Source: an uncultured Planctomycetaceae bacterium (GTDB lineage: Bacteria > Planctomycetota > Planctomycetia > Pirellulales > UBA1268). From it: DNA of 64,000 nucleotides. A program made the position numbers and the translations under genes. Below are positions 1-10,263 of this stretch, one piece after another; position 1 is the stretch's first letter, and each line of letters opens with the position of its first letter. The DNA lies in NCBI GenBank assembly GCA_913052575.1, contig CAJXFK010000001.1, positions 6,779-70,778 of the forward strand, read 5' to 3'. The notes beneath the pieces are model-generated. The model searched no databases. It was given only the letters and a program-made list of their open reading frames with translations, and was not told the DNA's origin.

Positions 1-838
1 CGCACCAGTCTTCTTCTCCAAGTTGCTTTCGTATAACTTCAGTTGATGCAAAGACTGTTTCTTTCAGCAGGTTGTCATAGCAAAAATCACCGTCAGGACC
101 ACTATGGTCAATCGGACTTCCTAGGGTCTTGTGGCAGCAATGCTCGCTCCACGTCTGTGCAATTGTCTCAAGTTCGATTTCAAACGGATCCCGATCAAGA
201 GTATTAAAGTGATCTCGAACGGCATGCAATTCGTTTGCAGTGAGGGCAAGGCATTGTCGGCGGCTGAGTTCTTCGAGGTCGGAGTCACTCAGGCCATTAA
301 GTGGTACTTGTTTGCGATGAAGTTTCCACGCATCACCACCGCTTAGTTTGGTTAGCTCTAGTGCGCCAATCACAACTTCATGAATAGCTTCACTAGCAAG
401 CAACTTCCAGGCAGTCTCTTCGGCTTGTTTTGGTGTGATACAATCTGCTGGTAACCAGTATTTCTTAACGCTTCGAACTGCTGTTGCACGAATTCCGAGA
501 AGGGACATAGCTTCCTTGGCACTTTCAGCGGCCGGGTCGGTGACTCCAGGCTTTGGAAGAACATGGAGAATGAGATTGTTGGCCTCTGATGACCCAGGAG
601 GTTTCGTGATTAATTCTTTATCTCCAACTCGTGCAACTCGACAAACTTCTGTTACCGGATCAGTGAAAAGGCACGCACCTAATTTTTGAACCTCAGTGAG
701 GCTCATGTCTCCCTCAATGAGCCATGCGGTCGCAGTATGAAGCGTATGAATTTTAAGACCAAGATCATTTGCCGCGGCAATAATTTCTTGAGTAGCGGCA
801 TCATTCTGTCGTAGATGTACATCAACTTCCCAGAGCAT
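1..838 (-). CDS. purL: Phosphoribosylformylglycinamidine synthase (PurL), N-terminal part; continues beyond the window edge
   Basis: Hand translation of the minus strand from ATG 838..836 gives MLWEVDVHLRQ... It contains a PurS-like segment (LILHVLPKPGVTDPAAESAKEAMSLLGI) followed by the PurL signature ELETIAQTWSEHCCHKTL. It is open to position 1. It is missing from the ORF track because it runs off the edge. It overlaps the tyrA stop by 17 nt. Confidence 0.85.
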   Translation of the reverse strand, partial: MLWEVDVHLRQNDAATQEIIAAANDLGLKIHTLHTATAWLIEGDMSLTEVQKLGACLFTDPVTEVCRVARVGDKELITKPPGSSEANNLILHVLPKPGVTDPAAESAKEAMSLLGIRATAVRSVKKYWLPADCITPKQAEETAWKLLASEAIHEVVIGALELTKLSGGDAWKLHRKQVPLNGLSDSDLEELSRRQCLALTANELHAVRDHFNTLDRDPFEIELETIAQTWSEHCCHKTLGSPIDHSGPDGDFCYDNLLKETVFASTEVIRKQLGEEDWC

Positions 839-1673
839 CACGGCGTTCCTTAGCGAGCGTTAATAATTTGATGAGCGTAGATCTGTCACCTGCTTCAATT
901 GCGAGTTTTAGCTGACCAGATGCCTCAGTAAATGTTTCTATTTGTGCTGTCACTGCCTTTGCATTGTCAAGCACTATATCAGCCCAAAGTTCAGGGTCAC
1001 CGGCCGCGATACGCGTTGTGTCACGCCATCCTCCTGCAGTGAAGCGGTGTGTTTCGCGTGGCGTTGCCGTAGCCAATGCGGCAGCAATAATATGTGGTGC
1101 GTGGCTCGCAGAGGCAAGTAATAAGTCATGCTCAGGTGGTGAAAGGATACATACTTGAGCACCAATTAGTTGCCAGAAAATGGAGACGGATTCCGTATCT
1201 TTTTTCGGAGTGGATTCTGCTGGTGTGACTACAGCTAGTTTGTTTTCGAAGAGGGCAGAGTCAGCTGCTTGTGCACCGCGTCTGTGGCTCCCAGCGAGAG
1301 GGTGACTGCCAACAAAACGAGCTTTTCGAGTAGATCTGTACTGTTCCCACCCGTCAACAATTGATTGTTTTGTACTTCCAGCATCTGTGATGAGTGTGCC
1401 CGGCCGAACGTATGAGTCAATTTCTTCAAGTTGAGACCCAATAACACCTACTCGAGTGGCTACCAGAACCAAGTCAGCTTCTGCCACACCCTGCTTCAAG
1501 TTTGTGGTACCTTCGCTAATCGCACCACAATTTTGAGCAACACTTAAAGAGGTATCAGACCGCCCGACACCAATAATTTTGTTAGCAACTCCTCGTTTGG
1601 CGAGAGCAAGTCCGGCTGATCCTCCAATAAGGCCAACTCCAACGATCGCGACCGTGTCCCACTGGGCAGTCAT
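822..1673 (-). CDS. tyrA: Prephenate/arogenate dehydrogenase
   Basis: 283-aa ORF. N-terminal Rossmann motif VAIVGVGLIGGS and the TyrA-type FVGSHPLAGS motif. Confidence 0.85.
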   Translation of the reverse strand: MTAQWDTVAIVGVGLIGGSAGLALAKRGVANKIIGVGRSDTSLSVAQNCGAISEGTTNLKQGVAEADLVLVATRVGVIGSQLEEIDSYVRPGTLITDAGSTKQSIVDGWEQYRSTRKARFVGSHPLAGSHRRGAQAADSALFENKLAVVTPAESTPKKDTESVSIFWQLIGAQVCILSPPEHDLLLASASHAPHIIAAALATATPRETHRFTAGGWRDTTRIAAGDPELWADIVLDNAKAVTAQIETFTEASGQLKLAIEAGDRSTLIKLLTLAKERRDALGS

Positions 1674-1843
1674 AATGAAAAGTATTTTGTGTAAAAATGT
1701 CGCAAGGGTAGAAATACATTTACGTATGTAAACAGCCTACGGGTTTTACCAGATGCATACCCTCCTGCGAGTAGGGATGGCCTGTTTGTCGATATTCTAC
1801 CCCCTTGAGACGAGAACGAACCCCTCGATGCGAGAAATAGAGC

Positions 1844-2905
1844 ATGTCTCAGCCACACCAAAACACGAGGATATGGCTTGTGAATCGGAAACTACCGGCC
1901 CGTTTACAGGCAGATCTGCTCGGGCGCTTGGCGATAACACTTCAAGCTGGAATTGATCTACGAAAAGCCTGGGGAAATGAAGTTAAGCGAATGCCAGCTC
2001 GTTGGGGTGCTCAATTATCGCTTGGTACAGATAAGATTAATAATGGAGAAATGCTCTCTGTTGCACTTGCGCACACGGGTCTATTTCCTCCTTTAGTGAT
2101 CGGTATGGTGTCAGTTGGTGATCAAACTGGCAAAGATGTTGAAACGTTGACGCAGTTGTCGCGCGTAATCAATCATGCTGTAGTTACGACGAACCATCTT
2201 CGTTCAGGTCTTATCTGGCCAGCTGTTCAGTTGGTACTTGCCCTACTTGTTGTCGGTGTCCTGATATTAGTAAGTGGAACGATTGAACTCGAGCGAGGAA
2301 AACCACTTGATTTTATCGGCCTTGGTCTCGTTGGTGCCTCAGGTCTTAGGATGTACGGACTGCTCTTGGTTGCGATGTTTTTTATTCTTCTCGGTGTTTT
2401 ACGATTACTTCTTGCCGGGTGGAGATCGCACGGTGCAATTCGTGCACTGATTACGCGTTTGCCACTCATTGGTGCGGCTGCTCGCGCTAGTGAAGCAGCA
2501 AGTTGGAGTCGTGCCGCTTCGTTGGCAGCAGGCGCGGGACTCGATGCTGGCAGGCTTGCTTCACTAAGTGGCTCTGTGGCTCCGGGCTTGGCAATAGATC
2601 CTGTTTGGATACAAGAAAGGTTGCTTGCTGGAGATACTCTCGCCGAAGCACTACAGGCAACCCATCGTTTTCCGTTGGCTTTGCTTGAAGGTTTGGCCGT
2701 AGGTGAAGAATCTGGAGAAGTTTCAGAGGTTCTTGGAAGACTAAGTGATCAATTTGCCGATAATTCCAAAAGGGGTTTTGAAGCTGCGGCAAAGGCTGCA
2801 GGTGGTGGTGTCTGGCTTTTTGTTGCAAGCTTGGTCGTTCTGGTAATTTTCAGAGTCTTTTCTGTGTATGTCGGAATGATTCAAGACGCTGTCAATAAAA
2901 TTTGA
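1844..2905 (+). CDS. Type II secretion system F (GspF/PilC-like) domain membrane protein
   Basis: 353-aa ORF with two T2SSF-type repeats (FPPLVIGMVSVGDQTGKDVETL and FPLALLEGLAVGEESGEVSEVL) separated by hydrophobic TM segments. No GspE ATPase is adjacent. Confidence 0.6.
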   Translation: MSQPHQNTRIWLVNRKLPARLQADLLGRLAITLQAGIDLRKAWGNEVKRMPARWGAQLSLGTDKINNGEMLSVALAHTGLFPPLVIGMVSVGDQTGKDVETLTQLSRVINHAVVTTNHLRSGLIWPAVQLVLALLVVGVLILVSGTIELERGKPLDFIGLGLVGASGLRMYGLLLVAMFFILLGVLRLLLAGWRSHGAIRALITRLPLIGAAARASEAASWSRAASLAAGAGLDAGRLASLSGSVAPGLAIDPVWIQERLLAGDTLAEALQATHRFPLALLEGLAVGEESGEVSEVLGRLSDQFADNSKRGFEAAAKAAGGGVWLFVASLVVLVIFRVFSVYVGMIQDAVNKI

Positions 2906-2921
2906 AAAAACAGGCGGTGAA

Positions 2922-3779
2922 ATGCGATCTATTGTTACGGCCTTATTATCAGTTGGGTTCGTGTTTGGCTCGATTAATATTGGTTTCTCTGATTCGACGA
3001 GTACCCATACGCAGCGAATGGAATCCCATGGCTATCACCGCTATCAAGGATCCTGGAAAACTGAGCAGGAGATCCTTTTATTAAAAAAAGCAGAAACCAT
3101 AACAAAAAAAAAGGTCGAAGCCAGACAGCGGCTTGAGAGGTTACGACGAGATCTTGAAAAATCAGAATCTAGTGAGCAGGTTGCTGAGGAGATTCGTCGA
3201 ATAGAAGATCCCTTTTCGGTGTTGGCTTTACGAGCCGCAATGAATGCCGAGCCTGTCCCCCGTGTGCGATTGCTTTATGTTGAAGCTCTCGGGAATATAG
3301 ATACTGGAGATGCAATTGGAGCTTTATTATCTCTGGTTCTTGATCATCCAGATCCAGAGGTGCGTTGGAGTGCTATTGGCCGGCTTGAAAAGAGAAAATC
3401 TATTCAGGTGGTTCCACCACTTATTGCTGCCTTACAAGGAAATGATATCCAGCGCATCAACCGCGCCGCGTTTGCACTGAAAACGCTTGGTGATGAATCC
3501 GCTGTTCAGCCTCTGATGCGAGTTCTCGTTACGCAGCAAGTCGTTACTACGGGTGTAGGGTCAGGGGGGAAAACATCGGCTACATTTTCACCAACAGGTG
3601 GCGGTCTTGCTCTTGGAAGCAGTCAAAAGAAAAAAATAGTGGTATCGCAGAATGTCCATGTCCTTGAGGCATTGACGACGCTGACAAGTAAGAACTTCGG
3701 TTGGGATCAATCTAGCTGGCTTCTTTGGTTTCAGAATCAAGGTGTTTCACAAACGGCTGACATCCGTCGTGATCCATAG
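2922..3779 (+). CDS. HEAT-repeat protein with N-terminal signal/anchor
   Basis: 285-aa ORF with a hydrophobic N-terminus. Repeated PBS-lyase/HEAT-like units (DHPDPEVRWSAIGRLEK..., VPPLIAALQGND..RINRAAFALKTLGDESAVQPL). Confidence 0.6.
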   Translation: MRSIVTALLSVGFVFGSINIGFSDSTSTHTQRMESHGYHRYQGSWKTEQEILLLKKAETITKKKVEARQRLERLRRDLEKSESSEQVAEEIRRIEDPFSVLALRAAMNAEPVPRVRLLYVEALGNIDTGDAIGALLSLVLDHPDPEVRWSAIGRLEKRKSIQVVPPLIAALQGNDIQRINRAAFALKTLGDESAVQPLMRVLVTQQVVTTGVGSGGKTSATFSPTGGGLALGSSQKKKIVVSQNVHVLEALTTLTSKNFGWDQSSWLLWFQNQGVSQTADIRRDP

Positions 3780-3787
3780 ATGCCTTA

Positions 3788-5146
3788 CTAGGAATTATTC
3801 ATTGAATCCTTTTGTTTGCGACGCCGAATGAACCAATCGGTATCCAACGCTCGCAATGCGACACGATTCTCAAGGTTTGGTCGAAATACAACAAGCAAAA
3901 GAATTGGAAGAAACCAAGCTAGGAAAAGACCGCCATTATGAGATTTCCAGAACTGGCTTCCGAGTAAGATTGCAGCAGAACAGCTCATTAGGGTCCCAAG
4001 GTGTTTTGGAGATGGCCAAATCGCCAGAGTTGCCATCATGACTAAAAATCCTGCAAGTATAGGTAGGCGAAAAACGGGGTCGTAGGAAGGGAGCGCCCAG
4101 AATCCTTCTAGGCTGACACTGCTTGGAAAAATCCATCCGAACATCTGACGTAATTGACCGGCAAAGATTTCGATTGTTGGTGAAGTGAACCAGAGTGCGA
4201 CAACAAGAGCTAATAACGCTGCAGAAACACCAGTGGCAAATCGTCGGACACCACGTTCCCAATAAAAACTGCACCACAAGGGAAGGAGAAAAACAGGGTA
4301 ATAAATTATTCCAATCGCAAGTCCGATGAGGCCGCCTGCTATTACAGGCCTGCGGTATGCTCCGATTGCCCAGACAATTAACGCACCAGGCAATGCATGG
4401 TCGACCCTCCCAGTCATCATGGCTGTATACGGAAGCAGTAAATAGAGAACGGCAGCAGCGATACCAAGTTTTATATTTTCAAAGTGCCGCCATCCTACAA
4501 AAAGTATTCCACTCACAATAAGCAATTGAGAAATGATGGCCATCACTCGTGCTGTTGTTTCATGAACAATCCGTGGAGGCGGTTCGTTTGTATCGCTACG
4601 CACTGCGGAAGTGCTATCAGAGGAGAAAACACGCTGTGTTGAAATATGTGGCAGAAGAAAAAGAAGAGGATACCCAGGTCCAGTTCTGGCTAGCTGATCA
4701 ATATCAACTTCGGCTTCACCTGTCTCGAGTTTTGCTGCGGTTGTGGCCGCTGCAAGGTCGTCTCTTTCTGGTCGGGTGGTGAGAACATTGGCGAGAAGAA
4801 AAACGAGGAGAGATACTCCGAGGAAGACCAATCCACCACTATTGAGATTTGGTTCAAGCATAGGCCTTCGGACCATAAGTGAATCACAGAGCATGCGGAT
4901 TATAAATATTCCGGTGATAACAAATAGCCAAATATAGCCAAGTTGCTGTGCGTCGACGTTGGCTTTGAAACCACCGTATTCGACGGCTAAAAGACCTGGC
5001 GCAAAGAGGATCAAACCGACCAGATCAATATTGCGAATACTCATCGCACGATTGAATTTAAAAAAAACTGCAATCAAAAGAATCGACGCGAGGTAAAACC
5101 AGGTCGTTGGATTAACACGGTAATAATGAAAGAGTATTTCGCTCAT
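3788..5146 (-). CDS. Polytopic integral membrane protein, function unknown
   Basis: 452-aa ORF with many hydrophobic helices throughout. I recognised no diagnostic catalytic motif. Confidence 0.5.
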   Translation of the reverse strand: MSEILFHYYRVNPTTWFYLASILLIAVFFKFNRAMSIRNIDLVGLILFAPGLLAVEYGGFKANVDAQQLGYIWLFVITGIFIIRMLCDSLMVRRPMLEPNLNSGGLVFLGVSLLVFLLANVLTTRPERDDLAAATTAAKLETGEAEVDIDQLARTGPGYPLLFLLPHISTQRVFSSDSTSAVRSDTNEPPPRIVHETTARVMAIISQLLIVSGILFVGWRHFENIKLGIAAAVLYLLLPYTAMMTGRVDHALPGALIVWAIGAYRRPVIAGGLIGLAIGIIYYPVFLLPLWCSFYWERGVRRFATGVSAALLALVVALWFTSPTIEIFAGQLRQMFGWIFPSSVSLEGFWALPSYDPVFRLPILAGFLVMMATLAIWPSPKHLGTLMSCSAAILLGSQFWKSHNGGLFLAWFLPILLLVVFRPNLENRVALRALDTDWFIRRRKQKDSMNNS

Positions 5147-5464
5147 CCGGCTCAGGAGGATGAAGGGTCTAGTATAAAGGCCGATTGCAACCTACTAGAG
5201 TACGTTGCTGGCCATCGGCAAGAAAGGAACGAAAGGCCTTATTCTGAAACAAACGAGTAATCGAAGATGGTTTAGGTCGATCGTAACGATTCCCCGGAGT
5301 TTTTTTGGACTAGTGAGCACAATTTCAAACTGAAATCGTAATCGTCGTGGTTATATGTGATCTCCAATTGCGACAACCGTGACGTTGAATAGTTTGAGCT
5401 ACGAAGCGTCATTCGACTGTAGAAATAGACTGCTTTTGTTGTGCCTGAGAGACGGATTCGATAC

Positions 5465-7258
5465 CTAGAACGGCCAGATCAACGGTGCCAGTAAAATAGT
5501 GATGGCCATCACTATCAAGTTGAGTGGGCCGCCGAAACGTAGGTAATCGCTGAACTTGTACCCACCCGGACCATAAATCATTAGATTTGTCTGATAGCCG
5601 AGAGGGCTCGCAAACCCACAACTAGCTGCCACCGTAATTGCCATGATAAACGGCATCGGGTTGAGCCCAAGATCGGTCGCAGTTTGCCAGGCGATTGGAA
5701 AGATAAGTACAGCCGCAGCATTGTTACTCATTGTTTCAGTAAAAAGCATGGTGACTAAATATATCGCTGCGAGCACAAGATGAGGTCGGTCACCTGCAGC
5801 CCCGATAGTACTCTGCGCAATGAGTTCGTCTAAACCTGTTTTCTCGATAGCTCTTGCAAGTCCGAAACTAGCCGCGATAAGGAGGAGGGTTTCCCATTCG
5901 ATAGATCTTCTTGCTTCATTTGGGCCGATGCATCCTGTCGCAACCATCGCCGCCGCTGCGACAAGTGCGGCTGCAACTATAGGCACAAGCTCGAGTGTGG
6001 CAGCAAGAACCATCGCTGCCAAAATTGTGCATGCAATCCACGCAAGGTCGTGTCGTGGCGGCTTTGCTCCACGGACTTCACTTACTAGATAGAAATCACG
6101 ACTGGTCTTCTGTCTTTTTAGGAACCGGGGGCTGGCTTCTAAAAGTAGTGTGTCGCCAGGTTGAAGAACAATGTCACCAATCTTTTTTCTTAAACGTTCT
6201 CCGTTTCTTGCCACTGCAATAATCACGGCATCGTATGTTGATCGAAACTGACCCTCTCGGATTGTTCGGCCAACAAGCGGGCATGTATTTGAAACAACAG
6301 CTTCTACAAGAGTACGCTCAGATCGCGGCCCATCCAATTGGAAGACTTGTTCAGTCGCTGGCCGAAGTCCTCGTATTTTTTGTAATTCCACGACGGAATC
6401 GACAATACCTACAAAAACAAGTCGATCACCTTCTTCCAGTCGTTCGGTCGGTTCCACTGCCGTGCGTACATGACCAGCACGATCAATTTCCATAAGAAAC
6501 AGTCCATGCAGTCCACGAAGACCAGCTTGTTCAATTGTCCTACCGGCAAGAGGGCTACGAGATTCAACAACCATCTCGAGGGAGTATTCTCGGGGATCAT
6601 CACCAGCACTCACGGCTGGTTTACGGTCTTTTAATAGCCACTGGCTTTTACTGGCAGTAAGAATGTAAGCAAAGCCAACAATCAAAAGAGGCACGCCGAG
6701 CCACGTAATATCAAACATGCCAAGAGATTGCCCCGTTTTTGCATTCAGTAAGCCACTCACGACAACATTGGTGCTCGTACCAATGAGTGTGCAAAGTCCA
6801 CCAAGCACCACAGCAGCATTCATAGGCATTAAAATTTTTGAAATGCTGAGTTGGTGCTTTTGAGCCCATGTTCGTACTGCCGGCACCATTAATGCCACCA
6901 CGGGGGTGTTGTTCATAAAGCCTGAGAGGACTGCGGGTATTGTCATTGTCCGAATCTGGGCCTCATGAAGAGAGCGTGGTCGGCCAAGCCCTCGATCAAT
7001 CACCAGTGACAGTGCTCCTGTCCTATGAACTGCTGCTGCCACAACAAATAATGCTGCCACCGTGAGCATTCCTTGATTACTCATTCCTGAAAGTGCTTCA
7101 GCAGGGCTAAGAATTCCAGCTGCTAGCAAAACGATAACCGCACCAAGCATCGCCATGTCTGGAGCACGGCGGCCTAAGAGCAGTGCGAGCAGCGTTGCTG
7201 CCACCACGAATGAGGTCAGGATCGCCTGCCAGTTTTCGATCCAAAAGCTAAGGTTCAT
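5465..7258 (-). CDS. SLC13/DASS-family anion permease with two central TrkA-C (RCK_C) domains
   Basis: 597-aa ORF. TM-rich halves flank a soluble insert with two repeats of the RCK_C pattern (SPLAGRTIEQAGLR...GDRLVFVG and CPLVGRTIREGQFR...GDTLLLEA). Confidence 0.8.
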   Translation of the reverse strand: MNLSFWIENWQAILTSFVVAATLLALLLGRRAPDMAMLGAVIVLLAAGILSPAEALSGMSNQGMLTVAALFVVAAAVHRTGALSLVIDRGLGRPRSLHEAQIRTMTIPAVLSGFMNNTPVVALMVPAVRTWAQKHQLSISKILMPMNAAVVLGGLCTLIGTSTNVVVSGLLNAKTGQSLGMFDITWLGVPLLIVGFAYILTASKSQWLLKDRKPAVSAGDDPREYSLEMVVESRSPLAGRTIEQAGLRGLHGLFLMEIDRAGHVRTAVEPTERLEEGDRLVFVGIVDSVVELQKIRGLRPATEQVFQLDGPRSERTLVEAVVSNTCPLVGRTIREGQFRSTYDAVIIAVARNGERLRKKIGDIVLQPGDTLLLEASPRFLKRQKTSRDFYLVSEVRGAKPPRHDLAWIACTILAAMVLAATLELVPIVAAALVAAAAMVATGCIGPNEARRSIEWETLLLIAASFGLARAIEKTGLDELIAQSTIGAAGDRPHLVLAAIYLVTMLFTETMSNNAAAVLIFPIAWQTATDLGLNPMPFIMAITVAASCGFASPLGYQTNLMIYGPGGYKFSDYLRFGGPLNLIVMAITILLAPLIWPF

Positions 7259-7416
7259 GGTGGCAGATGAGAATAAGGAGGAAAATAAATTTATCGGATA
7301 TTTCTTTACATACTATTATGGTGATTAATTGAAAACTTGTCGTGTTGGTTTCCAAAACCGTATAGCAGTGTTTCTGATAAAAGCCCTTTTAAACACATTA
7401 TTCTGGAGAATTGACG

Positions 7417-8076
7417 ATGATTGACCGTCTGCTTGAAAGCAACAAGAAGTTTATTAGCGATGAATTTGAGCCTAATTCCAGCCATTATTCGAAGATAGCA
7501 GCTAAACAGACACCAAGGGCGGTTTGGATAGGATGTGCTGATTCAAGAGTGAGCGAAGACATTATAACGGGATCACGCCCGGGTACCATTTTTGTCCACA
7601 GAAATATTGCGAATATGGTCTCGTTTAATGATGTTGGAATTGCCGCACTTTTGGAATATGCACTGGTGCATCTCAAAATCAAGGATGTGATTGTGTGTGG
7701 CCATACACGATGTGGTGGTATTGCTGCTCTTGAGAATGGCGTGAAAGAGAATTACATCGCTGATTGGCTTTGTGTTGGCTCTGAGGCAAAGACTGCAGCA
7801 GACGAAATTGCTCAGAAACAACGGCTTTCCCCTGATGAGAAGTTAGAGCTTCTCACAATGGAAAATGTGCGGGTACAGCTTAATCACCTAAAAAAACTAA
7901 CGCTGATTCGTGATATGTTTCAGAAAGGCAAGACACTTCGGTTACATGGTTGGCTTTATCGTGTCGAGACAGGAAAAATTGATGTTCTTATTGATGGTGA
8001 AACTGGCAGGGAATCAAGTGTGATGCGTCGATTTAAAAAAACGAGTCGAAAGACAACGCCTGCTAAAAGCAAATAA
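7417..8076 (+). CDS. Beta-class carbonic anhydrase (cytoplasmic)
   Basis: Canonical zinc and active-site motifs CADSR and GHTRCGG. ATG 7417 sits 6 nt after GGAGAA; the ORF track's TTG 7411 is an alternative start. Confidence 0.9.
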   Translation: MIDRLLESNKKFISDEFEPNSSHYSKIAAKQTPRAVWIGCADSRVSEDIITGSRPGTIFVHRNIANMVSFNDVGIAALLEYALVHLKIKDVIVCGHTRCGGIAALENGVKENYIADWLCVGSEAKTAADEIAQKQRLSPDEKLELLTMENVRVQLNHLKKLTLIRDMFQKGKTLRLHGWLYRVETGKIDVLIDGETGRESSVMRRFKKTSRKTTPAKSK

Positions 8077-8113
8077 CATTAATTCTGTGCCCGTCGCCAC
8101 TGAATGACAGATG

Positions 8114-8150
8114 AAAAAAGGGGCTCGTATTGGTAAACAATACGAGCCCC
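8114..8150 (-). terminator. Intrinsic-terminator-like hairpin oriented for minus-strand transcription
   Basis: Perfect 13-bp stem (8120-8132 GGGGCTCGTATTG / 8138-8150 CAATACGAGCCCC) with a 5-nt loop. A6 at 8114-8119 gives a U6 tract 3' of the hairpin only on the minus strand. Confidence 0.5.
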
Positions 8151-8201
8151 AACCCCTGATCATTGCAAGTTGGGGTGTTTCCAAATATTTGGAAACTAGT
8201 T

Positions 8202-8360
8202 TCAACCGTTTCGTAATGAACTTTTAAAATCTGCGGCGGTCTCCTTTCGGAATGAGGAGCAGAACCGAGGGCTAGAGTTTTTCTTATGCCTTCCTTGGAA
8301 CACGATGTGCATAATTTGTGCCAAAAGTTTTTTATGGAATGGCTTTTCGTATAGACTCAT
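8202..8360 (-). CDS. Candidate unannotated small ORF (52 aa), basic, no recognised family
   Basis: Hand translation: ATG 8360 ... TGA 8204-8202 gives MSLYEKPFHKKLLAQIMHIVFQGRHKKNSSPRFCSSFRKETAADFKSSLRNG. It is below the 60-aa cut-off of the ORF track. It is followed by a 20-nt palindrome (8177-8196) and by the minus-oriented terminator at 8114-8150. Confidence 0.2.
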   Translation of the reverse strand: MSLYEKPFHKKLLAQIMHIVFQGRHKKNSSPRFCSSFRKETAADFKSSLRNG

Positions 8361-8472
8361 AAAAAGGGATTTTCCTCATGGATTTTCGAGGGTATCCGTG
8401 TTTTCGTGCGTATTTATCAGGCAGTTTGTGTTGATCGATTGAGCATTTTCCTTACCGTGTGGTTCCTAGTCC

Positions 8473-9402
8473 ATGCAGCTTTATCCTTGCGACAAATATC
8501 ACCTTCCCTTGCCAGAGGGTCACCGATTTCCGATCCAGAAGTATGAGATGCTTCGTCACCTCCTTGAGGAGGATGTAAAAGCCGGTGAATCATTTGTCTT
8601 TATTGAGCCGCATGCAGCGAATGATGATGAGCTTCGCCGGGTGCATTGCCTTCAGTATCTGGGTCGAGTTTTTGGTGGAACGCTTACGAAGGCAGAAATT
8701 CAGCGTATCGGTTTTCCGTGGAGTGAAAATCTGATTGAGCGATCACTCCGAAGTACGGGCGCTGCAGTTGATGCAGGAGTGTCTGCCTTGCGAGATGGTA
8801 CCGCAGCAAGTCTTGCCGGAGGCACTCATCACGCTGGAACTAACTGGGGTGAAGGCTTTTGTGTTTTCAATGACGTAGCAGTGGCTACAAGAGAGATACA
8901 GGATCGTGGACTTGTTCAAAATGTATTAGTGATCGACTGCGATGTTCATCAAGGAAATGGAACAGCTGAAATTTTTGCAAATGATGACACGGTCTATACA
9001 TTTTCGATACATGGAGCAAAGAATTTCCCACTACGAAAGTATCCAAGTTCATTAGACGTTCCATTGGCCGATGGTACATCAGACGAAATATACCTCAGTG
9101 AGCTTGATAAGGCTTTAAGTATTGCTTTTTCCAATTTTCGGCCCCACCTTATTTTTTATATTGCAGGGGCAGATCCTTTTGTAGGAGATCGTCTGGGACG
9201 CCTGGATATTTCTCAAGAGGGTCTTCGGCATCGAGACACACTTGTCCTTAAAACAGCACTTCGGCATCGTGTACCTGTTGCGATTGTCTGTGGCGGTGGG
9301 TACTGCAATGACATTGCTACGATCACGGAGATTCATAGAACCACAATGCGGCAAGCAGCGGCTTTGGAGTCGCAATTTGCAATGATTCTAAAAGATAGAT
9401 AG
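8473..9402 (+). CDS. Histone deacetylase-family (arginase-fold) deacetylase
   Basis: 309-aa ORF with HDAC signatures GGTHHAG...GFCVFNDVAVA and DCDVHQGNGT. Confidence 0.85.
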   Translation: MQLYPCDKYHLPLPEGHRFPIQKYEMLRHLLEEDVKAGESFVFIEPHAANDDELRRVHCLQYLGRVFGGTLTKAEIQRIGFPWSENLIERSLRSTGAAVDAGVSALRDGTAASLAGGTHHAGTNWGEGFCVFNDVAVATREIQDRGLVQNVLVIDCDVHQGNGTAEIFANDDTVYTFSIHGAKNFPLRKYPSSLDVPLADGTSDEIYLSELDKALSIAFSNFRPHLIFYIAGADPFVGDRLGRLDISQEGLRHRDTLVLKTALRHRVPVAIVCGGGYCNDIATITEIHRTTMRQAAALESQFAMILKDR

Positions 9403-9415
9403 TTCCGGTCGTGCT

Positions 9416-9985
9416 CTACCAGCCGACCAAAATGTTATACGCTGGTTGATAATTTTGATTGTGGTATTTCCAATGGATTCCTCCAACGTGAACTACACGA
9501 ATTTGTCGACCGCCGTGCCATTCCCAACGCTCACCACTTTCCAAATCAAAGACTCGGCCCTCATTTGATGCTGCATCGAGCTCCCAATGCCCATCCTCTA
9601 ACAGTTTTATCATGGGTCGGGCACCTTGTACCGTGAGGCGTTTGTAGAGTTCTGGTGAGCGATTTTCGAGGAGGCGTAACTGATCGTCTCGCCTCTCGCG
9701 GATATCGAATTTCCACGCCGGTTGGACAGACCCCGGGCCCATTGCGAATTCGAATCTTTTTCCTTCAGTGAAGCGACTCCAGACATGACGCCCGGATATT
9801 GATGAATACCTGAAATAAACGGCACCTTTTTTAAGTTCTTTTTTCAAAGTCGGTTTTAATGATTCGGTGAAAAGGTCAAGTCTATAGACAGTATTCTGAT
9901 CGAGAGCGGTGGTGTTCTGTTGGTCGGCCCGAGTTGGTGTGGAGACCAATAGCACTAGGTGTAAAATTACTACAAATCGAACCAT
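9416..9985 (-). CDS. Secreted hypothetical protein
   Basis: ORF 9416..10021. A start at ATG 9985 gives a classic signal peptide, MVRFVVILHLVLLVSTPTRA. No family recognised. Confidence 0.5.
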   Translation of the reverse strand: MVRFVVILHLVLLVSTPTRADQQNTTALDQNTVYRLDLFTESLKPTLKKELKKGAVYFRYSSISGRHVWSRFTEGKRFEFAMGPGSVQPAWKFDIRERRDDQLRLLENRSPELYKRLTVQGARPMIKLLEDGHWELDAASNEGRVFDLESGERWEWHGGRQIRVVHVGGIHWKYHNQNYQPAYNILVGW

Positions 9986-10263
9986 ACTTTGAGAAACAGA
10001 AAGTGCGTGTGAGTTTGTCATAAAAGTTCCAGTCTTTGCGGTGATTCATTACTTCCTGTGTTAACTTTACGTACGATTCTGTATCAAGCAATTTTTGAAC
10101 CAACACCAATTCCTGAAAACAAGAAAAGTGGCCAAATTAAGGTGTTCAGGATAGAAAATAAGGTTTAGAAGGTTCTTATCAAGAAGTGACTGTTCTTCGA
10201 TGAGTCAGAAATCTCATTGTTGGTCTTCTGGTTTTTGTGAATTTCGTAACGGTTAGAGTGCAG

